From NCBI RefSeq assembly GCF_001194135.2, contig NC_068983.1, positions 118,656,632 through 118,720,631 on the forward strand: a stretch of 64,000 bases of DNA, in the 5' to 3' direction. The stretch comes from Octopus bimaculoides (Eukaryota). Each line of letters opens with the position of its first letter. The stretch's first letter is position 1. Below are positions 26,215 to 37,713 of this stretch, in pieces. The notes under the pieces are model-generated. The model was not told where the DNA came from. It made no database searches and saw only the letters and a list, made by a program, of their open reading frames with translations. Position numbers and translations under genes: made by a program.

Positions 26215-26936
26215 GGGAAGAAGTGAAGAAGTTATAATCATAAATAGTGGGCTTTACAGACAATTCATAGGCAAAACAATTGGAAATAAGCTGTGTAACA
26301 GAACTATTTAACTTCTGCAAAAAGACTATCATTAAAGTATTTATCATGATGATACAAAGAGAAAATCAATCTTCTGCTCATACGTACTAGGCATACTTAA
26401 GACCTCAAAGTGTGAAAATCTAGTTTGTATGTTTCCTGTAACAATCCATAACATCAATATAATAATTAAATCATTTTATGAAAAAGTTGTTATTCTAACA
26501 TAAAGTTATTACATAGAACATTCTAACATAAATTTATTCCATGAGAACATTGGTAAAACAGTTGAGAAGTGAAAAGACATTTGTGGTACAAAAGACGAAA
26601 CATTACCATCTATGTTACTATTGATAGAAATAATTAACTGATGACAAACAATGTGGTATAAAACGTATTTCCAGAAAGCAAGAGCAACAAATGATTAAAT
26701 CAGAGTAATAATAGATAACTTTTATTTGTTTGTGTCTTCTAATAAAAAGACAAATAAGCTTGTTGTATTCTTCACTGGGTTTAAATGTAAAGGCTACTAC
26801 CACCTTGAGCTTCAACACAACTGCCTTTTCTCCTTAGCATCGCTTCAAAATGGCTCCCACTATGAATTCTAAGTACCTTTTACACCTTTTCTCTACTGAG
26901 GAGATGCACTGACACTAGAATTGTTTGCCGTACTAC

Positions 26937-27064
26937 CATGCTTTTCTCGGTGTAACAATATATGCATTTGAATGTTTGTGGGTCAGAGACACGGTTATCA
27001 ACTTGATATACATGGGTACACATTATGAGACCGATAAAGCATAATTCAAAGAACAAGTTGATAT
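26937..27064 (-). CDS. Candidate coding exon, unknown product (hydrophobic stretch followed by CxxC)
   Basis: Strong acceptor GACTTTTTTCTTGCAG. The single open frame reads INLFFELCFIGLIMCTHVYQVDNRVSDPQTFKCIYCYTEKSM. The donor ATG|GTAGTA is only moderate. Confidence 0.35.
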
Positions 27065-27350
27065 CTGCAAGAAAAAAGTCTTGCCAAAGATTTGAGTGCT
27101 GCTACTGTTTGCAGCACTTATATCATATTTGTTAGGGAAAACTGTAAGCAGAATACAATAACTCACTGATTTAACTCAGACATCAACAGCCTTCTGCTTT
27201 ATAAATAAAATAGGTATTTTATAAACAAATTCGGTTAATGTTTACATCTTGATTTGGAAATGAAACCCCCCCCAAAATACTGGAATGGGTGTTAAACAAT
27301 GTGTAGGAAACGAATATGAAAAAAAAAAAAAAAATGCGCGCAAAGCAACG

Positions 27351-27720
27351 GGAGAGGACTTCGGAAAATTCACAAGATCCGAGCTTTTCCCTCGTAACTT
27401 TTAGGAAAATGGGAGTTTTTCAATGAAATTTTATAGAAATACCTTTCAAATGGCATACATTACGATTATAAAGAAATTTGTGGGGAAAATCTTTTGCAAG
27501 AGGGTGGGGAGAGGACTTCGGAAATTCACAAAATCCAAGTTTTTCCCTCGTAACTTTTAGGAAAATGAGTTTTTTTTTCAATGAAATTTTATATAAATAC
27601 CTTCGAAACAGCATACATTATGACTATAAAGTAATTTGTGGGCAAAATATTGAGGTAGGGAGAGGACTTTCGGAAAATTCCCAAGATCCGAATTTTTCCT
27701 CGTTATATTCCGAAATCACA
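27351..27720. repeat. Tandem repeat of a ~151-157 bp unit, about 2.4 copies, inside the MITE
   Basis: Units start GGAGAGGACTT(T)CGGAAA at 27351, 27508 and 27659. Confidence 0.9.
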
Positions 27721-27928
27721 TTCAACTTTCTACAGATACCCTAGCGTAGTATTACTACATTACGTAGTGTTTATTTCTACTCACTTTCAATAATTTTTAA
27801 TGTTTTGGCTTCAATTTTGTTTCATTATCAATTATTTTTACGCTTTTTTAACCCTTCGTTGTTATTCTCATCCACTCGTTATTACTTTCTTTCACTATCT
27901 AGCTATATACATAGAGAGATAGCTACAT

Positions 27929-28249
27929 GGCGATCTTTAGGTACGAGTTCCAAATTATCGGCCTTTTCCGTAAAAAGTGTTGGAGAGAAACAGGGAAACG
28001 ACGTTATAACAGCGAAAGACATACAGAGAGAGCGATTTATTTTGAAGGGTTTAGAGTTAGGGTTAGGTTTTTAGGCTTTACGTTAGGGAATTCCGTCCCT
28101 AACTGTAACCGTAACCCTAACACTAAAACCCTAACACCGTAGTGAACATCGTGCGGGTGTTACGGAAAAGGCCGAACTTTGGTAAAGATAGCCGAAGACA
28201 CTTTTTACGGAAAAGGCCGATAATTAGGAACTTGTACCGAAAGATCGCC
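27929..28249. mobile_element. Nested 321-bp MITE with 52-bp TIRs and internal telomere-like repeats
   Basis: GGCGATCTTTAGGTACGAGTTCCAAATTATCGGCCTTTTCCGTAAAAAGTGT (27929-27980) is inverted at 28198-28249 with 3 mismatches. No TSD is visible. Confidence 0.88.
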
Positions 28250-30185
28250 TTTTTTTCATATTCGTTCCCTACCCATTGTTTTACACCCATTCCAGTATTT
28301 TTTTTTGATCTTCATTTCCGGGTCAAGATGTAAACATTAACCATAAATTCTAATTTAGGATTTGCTTGTTTTACGAATGTGTTAAAAATATTTAGTTAAT
28401 AAATTAGTTTCGGTCTCATCTTCTGTAGGAAAATGAGAGAATAAATATACATTAACTTTAATAATATCAATATATACAGACTTGAGCAGTTAGCGTTTAC
28501 ATCAGGGCAATTAAGAACGATAAAAACTTCAAAATATATTAATTCATTTAATTATGCTGGGATTATATAACCGTTTGAAAGAAAAAGAAACTGGCATATT
28601 CACTCTTTTGAAAAAAGTGTTTTTTTTATTAACTACAAAGAGGTCTGAATTAGATAAATGTTAAACTAATTAAAAATAGTCTGAATGAAAAAAAAATATA
28701 AATAATATTTGCTGTGGGAAAACATAAAATATATTATCGTCGATTAACTCATTTGTTCACTTTTCCTTTCTACAAAATGTAGAGAAATTAGTAATATAAT
28801 CGTGTCTCTTGACTTAGTTATGGAGTCATTACTTTCAATAATTACATGCAGTGATAGAAACGGGACACAGGAGATGAACACTGGAGTATGGCGTTCTCTT
28901 ACTTTTCAGCTCTCAGAAAGGGGAGGCTTATAGTCTAGTTCCACCTTCTAATCTCAGCCCCTGACCTGGTTCCTAATACTCATTTCCATCACTAGTTGAT
29001 CTAGCTGTATCAAAGACTCACTTTAACAGTTTTAGCCTTTATCATTTAGATTAACATAGTTTTCCCTCCACTTTAGCATTTTTTTTTCTTTATAAACAAA
29101 TATTTAAATTAATTTTCCTAGATTTTAAACAAATGTTATTCTTGTTTTGTTTACAAAGAACGTAACCTATAATCCTTTGGAGTTAGTTCCCTTTATTCAG
29201 GGCCGGAGTTTTTTTCTATTATTTATAAGTTTAGTCCCAGGTCAACTCTGATAAAAAGTATCCATCATCAAAAGCATCCTGGCCATGATAACCCTGTCTT
29301 TTCAGATGGGTTCTTCCCATTTTTAAAAGAGTACTGGGTAATTAGGGAGAGATTTAGTAACTATTTCTAAGTCATGACGATCATATAAAAGTAATCAGTT
29401 GGTGCTGTTAACGTGGAACTTGAGTGCTTTTAAAATTTCTTTTTAGTTAGAGATAGAGAGCATTTCATTCTGGTGACCTAACATTAAAAGACACACTACT
29501 ACTGGTGATTAACCTATTTTATACCTGCTGGTTTTAAAATATGTTTGCAATGACATTTGATACACTAATCTATACGTGACATCTCTGTTGGTGACAAGCC
29601 ACGTCATGTCAGACATATTCTTCAAAACATCTCAAAGAGCTTTAAATCAAGGAGCGTACGCATATTTGGGACTATTATAATAACGGTAAAAGAGAAAAAG
29701 AATAGAAGTTATAGCAGTATGGTGAACCTGGAATAGAAAGTATTCAATAAATAAGTGCTTATATGATTAGCCGAATCCACCTGTCCTTCGTTCAACTATC
29801 CCATTAATGTTAACAAAAGAAGATTTTATCATGACTGCTTGGGTTGCTATACGTAGCGATCAAATTTCTCTCATGACATAATTACCTGTCTTAGAAAAAA
29901 GATTACAATGGATAATGTAGTTCTAGTACACTGTAAACTTGCTCAATCAAGAAAAATCTAAGGCTAAACATCAGCTGCTACCATCACCATCTTGAATTGA
30001 GATTTGAAATGGGCTTTTATTATAACAGTTTCAGAGTAATAAATATGTTGAGGGAGGTGTGTGTGAGGGTCATTCCTTCTTTGGGCTCTCAAAATCTAGA
30101 GTTATAGCAGCACTGTCATGACATACAGTACAGCATATTTTGGAAGCTATCTATCCCTCACTAAGTCAGAACACAGTGAACAGTT

Positions 30186-30590
30186 GCAGGCGTGGCTGTG
30201 TGGTAAGAAGCTGACTTCCCAACCACATGGTTCCAAGTTCAGTCCCACCATGTGGCACCCTGGACAGGTGTCTTATACTATGGGCCTCACGCCGACCAAA
30301 GCCTTGTGAGTGGATTTGGTAGATGGAAACTTAAAAAATCATATTGTGTGTGTATACATATATATATGTGTGTGTGTGTGTGTACATATATATATATATA
30401 TATATGTGTATGTATGCTTATCTCCCCACCATTGCTTGATTGCTGGTGTTGGTGTGCTTACATCCCTGTGGCGTAGCGGTTCAGCAAAAGAAACTGATGG
30501 GATAAGGACAAAACTTAAAAAAACCCTTCAAGGTAGTGCTCCAGCATGGTTGCAGCCAGATGACTGAAACAAGTAAAAGATAAAAGACAC
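30186..30590 (+). mobile_element. SINE family A copy
   Basis: Head, central microsatellite and TGACTGAAACAAGTAAAAGA tail. Confidence 0.88.
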
Positions 30591-30947
30591 CCAATTTGTT
30601 TCTCATTTTCAGAGCGGTGGGGGTTTACAGAAGTAACAATTCCAATACTGTTTTAATTTTTTTTATTTATAAACCTGAAAGGGTACAAGGTAAAGTTGAC
30701 TTTGGTAGGATTTGAACTCAGTATGGAAAGATAGAACAAATAACATAAATCTTTCAATATGTTCTCTCATTACTCAGTAAGCTCACCTTCTGGAAGTGGA
30801 TCCTTGTTGACCAAATTATTTGCCATACACACCAAATATTCTTTTCATTAATTCCAAAGGGATAAATGGCAAACTTGACCCAGACAGAATTCCAACATAG
30901 AATTAAGACATTTTTTTATTTTTATCCTTTATATTTTACTTATAGGT

Positions 30948-31290
30948 GCATGGCTCATGGTTAGAGCATTGGGCTTACAATCATGTGGTTGTGAGTTCAA
31001 TTCCCGAACTGGGCCGTATGTTGTATTCTTGAGCAAGACACTTTATTTCATGTTGCTCCAGTTCACTCAGCTGTAGAAATGAGTTTCAATGTCACTAGTG
31101 CCAAGCTGTATTGGTCTTTGCCTTTCCCTTGGACAACATCAGTGGCATGCAGAGGGTGGGGGGATGGTGTGCATAGGTGACTTGCTGGTCTTCCACAAGC
31201 AACTTTACCCAGATTTGTGCCTGGGAGGGAAACTTTCTAGCTGCAATCCAATGGTGATTTGTGACCGAAGGAGATCTTTATCCTTTTACC
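30948..31290 (+). mobile_element. Third tRNA-derived SINE family
   Basis: Head ATGGCTCATGGTTAGAGCA...GAGTTCAATTCC, then GCAAGACACTT...CTCAGCTGTAGAAATGAG. An inverted copy lies at about 10200-10533. Confidence 0.75.
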
Positions 31291-31299
31291 CTATATTTT

Positions 31300-31665
31300 A
31301 CCTGTTTCAATTATTGGACTGTAGCCATACTAAGGCATTGCCAAACAAATGAATCTCAGTCCTTATTTTTTAAACCTGGTACTTATTCTATTGGTTCCTT
31401 TTGCTAAACCACTAAGTTATGGGAGATGTAAACATTTGTTGTCAAGAAGTTGAAGATGGTGGAACAAACTAAAAGACACACACATGCTCCCCACCACCAC
31501 CACACACACACTGTAGTGCTTCCACAGTTTCTGTTGACTAAATTCATTCACAAGTTATTGATTGGCCTGGGGCCATAACAGAAGACACTCGCCCAAGATG
31601 CAGTGCAATAAGATTAAACCTGAAACCATGTGAATGCAAAGCAAACTTCTTAATCACACAACTAT
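31300..31665 (-). mobile_element. SINE family A copy
   Basis: Degenerate reverse-complement match to the family. Confidence 0.75.
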
Positions 31666-31676
31666 GCCTGCATCTG

Positions 31677-32057
31677 TGGAGGCGCAATGGTCCAGTGGTT
31701 AGGGCAGCGGGCTCGCGGTCATAGGATCGTAGTTTCGATTACCAGACCAGGCATTGTGAGTGTTTATTGAGCGAAAACACCTAAAGCTCCACGAAGCTCC
31801 GGCCGAGGATGGTGGCGAACCCTGCTGTACTCTTTAACCGCAACTTTCTCTCACTCTTTCTTCCTGTTTCTGTTGTACCTGTATTTCAAAGGGTCAGCCT
31901 TGTCACACTGTGTCACGCTGAATATCCCCGAGAACTACGTTAAGGGTACACATGTCTGTGGAGTGCTCAGCCACCTGCACGTTAATTTCACGAGCAGGCT
32001 GTTCCGTTGATCGGATCGACTGGAACCCTCGATGTCGTAAGGGACGGAGTGCCAATG
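31677..32057 (+). mobile_element. Second tRNA-derived SINE family (young, CpG-rich)
   Basis: tRNA-like head GGCGCAATGGTCCAGTGGTTAGGGCAGCGG...GTTTCGATT. The 3' half recurs at 63455-63625 and, decayed, at about 40165-40380 and 60440-60600. Confidence 0.85.
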
Positions 32058-32539
32058 CCCGCATCTATAAATATGTAAAAACAAAACAAAACCAAAACAA
32101 AATTACAATTATTATATTCAGTATGCTGTTCTTTCTATCATTCTGTGAATCAGTGAAATGATTTCATTATAATAATTTGACTTTTCAGGGCAGCAAGCTG
32201 GTAGAATCATTAGCAATGCTTAGTGGCATTTCATCCATCTTTACATTCTGAGTTGAAATTCCATGAGGTTCAAATTTCACTGAAGTCGACTGTAACTGTC
32301 ATTCTTTTGGGGGTCAATAAAATAAGTACTAGTTGAACACTGGGTTTGATATAAGTGACTTACCCCGCTCTCCCGAATTTGGTAGCCTTGTGCTGAAATT
32401 TGAAATCATTATAATTTGATTTGCCCTTTCCTTGTTTATATATTTTTGACCATGAGCATTCATGTCTCCATGTTGACTATTTCTTTGAAACTGAATATGA
32501 CCAAAGTTGATTATCTTTTTTTTTTTTTATCTTTTATTT

Positions 32540-32918
32540 ATTTCAGTCAGTAGACTGCACCCATGCAGGACCACCACCTTGAAGGGTTTTAGTTGAAAAA
32601 AATCAACCCTGGTACTTATTTTCTTAAAGCCTGGTACTTATTCTATCAGTTTCTTATGCAGGGATGTATACAAACCAACACTGGTTGTCAAGTGGTGATG
32701 GGGGACAAACACCAAGACAAGCACTCACAGATATATACATACAAACATACATACATGTACATGACAAGCTCCTTTTAGTTTCCCTCTACCAAAGCCACTA
32801 ACAAGGCCTTGGTTGGCCCAGGGCTATAATAAAAGACACTTGTCCAAGATACCACACAATGGGACCAAACCCTGGACCATGTAGTTGTGAAACAAACTTT
32901 TTACCATGCAGCCACACC
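32540..32918 (-). mobile_element. SINE family A copy
   Basis: Reverse-complement match to the family. Confidence 0.8.
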
Positions 32919-33309
32919 TGTACATTAGAAACGAAAGGGGGAAAAAAAAGGAGCTTATTGAAGCCACAGTAAATCAATTTATTATAATCACTCAATGACC
33001 AATGCTAAAAATCATAATTAAATAATAAATTAATTGAAAACTAACACTAATCGCCATAACATTTTCTCTGACATCACTTTCTCACATCATTTCCGTCATC
33101 GTGTCCTTTAGTATAATTGTTATCTGTGTCAGACATGACTTATATCTCTATTTTCATCATTACAGTTTAGATCTTATCAAATTAAGTAAACATCATACTT
33201 TCTATCAAACTTCCTCATTTCACTCTTGCACAGACACCATCTGGAACAACCTGACTGCATGTATGTTATTTCTTTTGGCTTATCACCTACAGCAGTTTGT
33301 GATAAGGAG

Positions 33310-33311
33310 GA

Positions 33312-33348
<37 letters not shown>

Positions 33349-33515
33349 CATTCATCATTTCAGATCTATGCACTTATTAAACAATTGCTTACATGTATAT
33401 TCCCATAAATACATATTCATGTATGCATGTGCATATGTATAACACACATATACATACATGCATATATATATGTATATATACATACATACATATATAAATA
33501 CATATACACATACAT

Positions 33516-33548
<33 letters not shown>

Positions 33549-33563
33549 CACACATATATAATC

Positions 33564-33594
<31 letters not shown>

Positions 33595-33830
33595 ATGTAT
33601 ATACACATATATACATGTATATATAGACATGCATATATATACATACACATACATGTATATATACATATATATACACATCTATACATACATATACACAAAC
33701 ACACATATATACACACACATGCACGCATATATATTTACACATACAAACACACACACATACTTGTATTTACACATACACATACATATATATTTACATACAT
33801 ACCCACACAAACATACTTTACATGTGGCTG
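33310..33830. repeat. Compound (CA)n/(TA)n/(TACA)n low-complexity tract
   Basis: Directly visible; it explains the CVY/IHT-rich ORFs. Confidence 0.95.
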
Positions 33831-34120
33831 TGTGGAGGCACAAGTGTGGCCCATGTGGTAAGAAGCTTACTTCACAACCACATGGTTCCAGGTTCAGTCC
33901 CACTGTGTGGCACCTTGGGCTGATCAAAGCTTTGCGAGTGGATTTGGTAGATGAAAACTGAAAGAAGCTCATCAATATATATATATATATTTATATATTT
34001 GAGTTAGTGTCTGTGTTTTTCCCTCCATCATTGCTTGACAACTGATGTTGAGGTTTATTTCCCCGTAACTTAGTGGTTCAGTAAAAAACTCATAGAATTA
34101 GTACCAGGCTTATAAGGAAT
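33820..34120 (+). mobile_element. SINE family A copy with internal deletion
   Basis: TGTGGTAAGAAGCTT...GGTTCAGTCCCACTG...AGTGGATTTGGTAG. Confidence 0.8.
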
Positions 34121-35103
34121 AAGTTCATCAGTTGTCCCCTGTTTTATCTACTCCACGTTTCAAACGTAGGGATGGCTTATTTCATTTTCTGTATACCAAA
34201 TCTACTCACAGGGCTTTGGTTGACTCAAGGTGCCATGTGGTGGGACTGAACCTGGAGCCATGTGGTTGGGAATCAAACTTCTTACCACACAACCATGTCT
34301 GCTCCTGTATATTTGCTGAGCTTTTTCTCTCTTTCACCTCTTTCCACTCTATTCGTTTCAGTCAATGTATTGCTGCTAAGCTGGGGCTCTGAAGAGTTTA
34401 GAACAGTCACAGATAAACTGCAGCCCATGGAGCTTTCTGAACGCTACCTTCAATGAAAAATGACCTTGAACTGTATTTTAGTGTCTCATGAGCCGTGTCT
34501 GATGTGGTCCACTTCTTGAAAATGACTGCCCATACATGATTTAGTTCAACAAATTGACCCCAGTTACTTATTCTTTGTTTGGTAATTATTCTCTCAGTCT
34601 CTTATGCCAAACTGTTAAGTCATGGGGACATAAACAAACTAACACTGGTTGTCAAGTAGTAGTGAGGATGAACACAAATACATGTGTGCATGCACACAGG
34701 CTTTTGCATAATTTCTATCCATTCACAAGGCACTGGTTGGAATGGGTCTGTTGTAGAAGTCACTGGCTGAAAATGCTGTACAGTGGGAGTGAACCTGAAA
34801 TCATGTGATTGCAAAGAAAACTTAACATACAGCCATACTAATCCTTTCTGAATCTTGAACTTCAGTTATTTTTGTGCTACACAAGTGATAGATAAACACC
34901 CCCATGAATGTCAAACTGCTCTCTTACTTTTTGCTTTCTCTTCATAAAGATTGCACTAGGGGATTGTAAGCTAAGAATCACATCAGATCCATAGAAACTA
35001 CTGCCACTGCAGATATCAGTGAATTATTGCAGTTAGCATACATAATTACAGACAAAAACAAGACTGCCAAATCTTTTTCAAATTTCACTTTACTATGATA
35101 TTA

Positions 35104-35525
35104 GGCGCAGGAGTGGCTGTGTGGTAAGTAGCTTCCTTACCAACCACATGGTTCCGGGTTCAGTTCCACTGCGTGGCACCTTGGGCAAGTGTCTTCTACT
35201 ATAGCCTTGGGCCGACCAAAGCCTTGTGAGTGGATTTGGTAGACGGAAACTGAAAGAAGCATGTCGTATATATGTGTGTATATGTCATATATATGTGTGT
35301 GTATATGTTTGTGTGTCTGTGTTTGCCCCCCCAAGCATCGCTTGTCAACCGATGCTGGTGTGTTTACGTCCCCGTAACTTAGCGGTTTGGCAAAAGAGAC
35401 TGATAGAATAAGTACTAGGCTTCCAAAGAATAAGTCCTGGGGTCGATTTGCTCGACTAAAGGCAGTGCTCCAGCGTGGCCACAGTCAAAATGACTGAAAC
35501 AAGTAAAAGAGTAAAGAGTAAGAGT
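35104..35525 (+). mobile_element. Dominant tRNA-derived SINE (family A), near-complete young copy
   Basis: A-box-like GTGGCTGTGTGGTAAG, B-box-like GGGTTCAGTTCC, central (TA/TG)n and a GTAAAAGA tail. There are well over a dozen copies in the window. It resembles the octopus OK/OR-type SINEs (assigned from recall, not a search). Confidence 0.9.
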
Positions 35526-35789
35526 ATAAGGACAGAGCTCATTAAATAATGTAGTTTAGAAATTCCTAAAAAAAAAAAAAAAATACAATTGGTCATGGCT
35601 GGAGTGCCTTTTATCATGGCTCTTTACAATCAGTGTTGATTTATGTAACAACAAAATGTAGGTGTTTAGTTTCTTGAATAGTTTCTAGAATACGAGAACC
35701 TAGTCATATTTGTATGTACACATAAACATATATATTTATATATATATATGAAAATATCATATACATATTGGTACAGGCATGGCTGTGTG

Positions 35790-35826
<37 letters not shown>

Positions 35827-36196
35827 NNNNNNNNNNGCAAAATAAAGCCCTATAAGGGTATATATATATAAATTCAGAAGAGTGGTGAACTTTCCTGCTG
35901 TAGACAACAGCTGAGGGTTTTGCAAATTCTTGCTAAACAACCTGCTCGGATGATTTGTTTATAGAGATCAAAATGTGCTGTACATTAGCTCACTCCTTCC
36001 ATCAAATAGACATTCCCTGTACAGGTGCACAGTGTGCTTACATATCAAACGTTGAAGTAACCACGGAGCAACGTGAAATGAAGTGTTCTACTGAAGAACA
36101 CATTGCACTACTCAGTCTAAGAATTAAAACCCTGATCTCACTTATGACTATGAGTGCAACACCATGCTTACGTTTATAGATACACATACATACCTA

Positions 36197-36242
<46 letters not shown>

Positions 36243-36458
36243 TATTAGAGATAGTGGTGTCAATTAGACCCAGATGTTTCAGGTAATACTGAGTAAGTGC
36301 TATGGATAGACCACAGTTAAACTCCAGGTTTGGTGGTGATGTGAATAAGGGGTCCAACGTAGGTCATATATATCAGCATGTGAATATAAGAATTTACTTT
36401 TCGTAATGAGATAAAAAAACTAAGGCTGTGTATAATATAGAACATTTATAAATACAAT

Positions 36459-36506
36459 GTCTTACAGCTGTTCCCAGGATATTTATTATATCCCTTCATC
36501 GGAGAC
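36459..36506 (-). ncRNA. Hammerhead-like motif, variant core CCGATGA, decayed GAAA
   Basis: GTCT-CCGATGA-AGGGATAT aataa ATATCCT-GGGAA-CAGCTG-T-A-AGAC. Confidence 0.5.
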
Positions 36507-37143
36507 AGTGTGAGAGGATGATTAAGTAATAGTTAGTTTATTAAAGATAAGAAATAGAGAGTGAATGTAGGGATGTTGTATTTTATAAATCCATTCTTTA
36601 AGCAGAATGTTATACATATAAGATTCCGATACCTTGTGAGTAAAATCCAACTGTTTTTAAGATTGGTCGTTGCCTTTGTAAATCCATTATTAAGATTCCA
36701 ATACCCTATGAGTAAAATCCAACAGTCTTTGAAATTGGTCATTTCAAAGACTGTTGGATTTTAAAAACTTCATATAATCAAGGTATCCTTGGCTTGAAGG
36801 GGAGCATGCGGTTTTACACCTCATTTGGATAATTACTACTTCCGAGGTTCCGCTAGCTATGAAACATATATATAGCTTGGATCTTTTCTACTGCACTCCC
36901 TATTTTTGGGATGTTTATTTACATATATATACAGCAACCCCAATTGCTAACTGCAAACCATAAAATAACCTTTTTTCAGCTTATCATACTTCGATACAGG
37001 AAAAATTCACAACCTTCTGCATCCATAAACTACAACTGTTCCTGAAAGTTGTTTTTTATATCTTCTACAGACTGCTTGAAGCTTACTAACTTACTATACC
37101 TTGATCCCGACATCTTACCTTTACACACACACATACGTTTATA

Positions 37144-37178
<35 letters not shown>

Positions 37179-37180
<2 letters not shown>

Positions 37181-37394
37181 GAGGAGGTGCTGAAAAGTTC
37201 CTGGCTTTGGTTAAAAGAAAATGCTGGAGGATCAGTCAATTATGATTTTATTGAACGTATTCCCTTCTCACATTCACGCACTTATTGCAGGGGTCCTTCC
37301 TTTCGCAGCCTTGTAAAAGAAGTTGGAAGATTGGGCTTCCAGCTAGGCCTTTGGCGATACCCTTAAAGCCATGAATTTTTCATCACCCGCTCAT
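37179..37394. mobile_element. mariner-derived MITE (~215 bp)
   Basis: Ends ATGAGGAGGTGCTGAAAAGTTCCTGGCTTT and AAAGCCATGAATTTTTCATCACCCGCTCAT are degenerate inverted repeats, inserted in a (TA)n context. Confidence 0.8.
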
Positions 37395-37656
37395 GTCTGT
37401 GTGTGTATGTGTGTGTGTTTGTCCTTTACCGCTTATAAAAAACATGTATTGTGGTTGATTTTTTCCCAACTAAATCCTTTAAAGTGGTGCTCTAGTATGA
37501 CTGTGGTCCAATGACTGAAACAAGTAAAATAGTATCATCACATTCCCATTTCTTCCTTTCCCACTTTCTTTTTTTGCTTGTCATTTTCATTTTCTTTAAT
37601 TCTATTACCACTGATATCTTTTATCCATTTTCTGAAAATGCTCTTTTAGTACTTAC

Positions 37657-37713
37657 AAAACTCTAGTCTGATTTTTCTCATCAAACGTTTCCACATTGCC
37701 ATGAGAGGTATTT
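37657..37713 (-). CDS. Candidate coding exon, unknown product
   Basis: Acceptor TTTTTTTTCGCCACATTGCCTTCAG and donor TTT|GTAAGT. It is 57 nt long and open in two frames (IPLMAMWKRLMRKIRLEF or NTSHGNVETFDEKNQTRV). Confidence 0.35.

Larger units (their letters stand above)
27233..28342. mobile_element. Non-autonomous DNA element with ~100-bp TIRs, GG termini and 8-bp TSD (Merlin-like)
   Basis: GGTTAATGTTTACATCTTGA...GAATATGAAAAA at 27233-27330 is inverted at 28250-28342. Flanks are ACAAATTC (27225-27232) and ATAAATTC (28343-28350). Confidence 0.85.

Noticed and set aside
27351-27720. Regularly spaced repeats as a possible CRISPR array
   Set aside because: The whole ~154-bp unit is repeated with no unique spacers, there are no cas genes, and the context is eukaryotic.
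33355-33975. Cluster of Cys/Val/Tyr/His-rich ORFs on both strands
   Set aside because: These are translations of dinucleotide microsatellites and a SINE.
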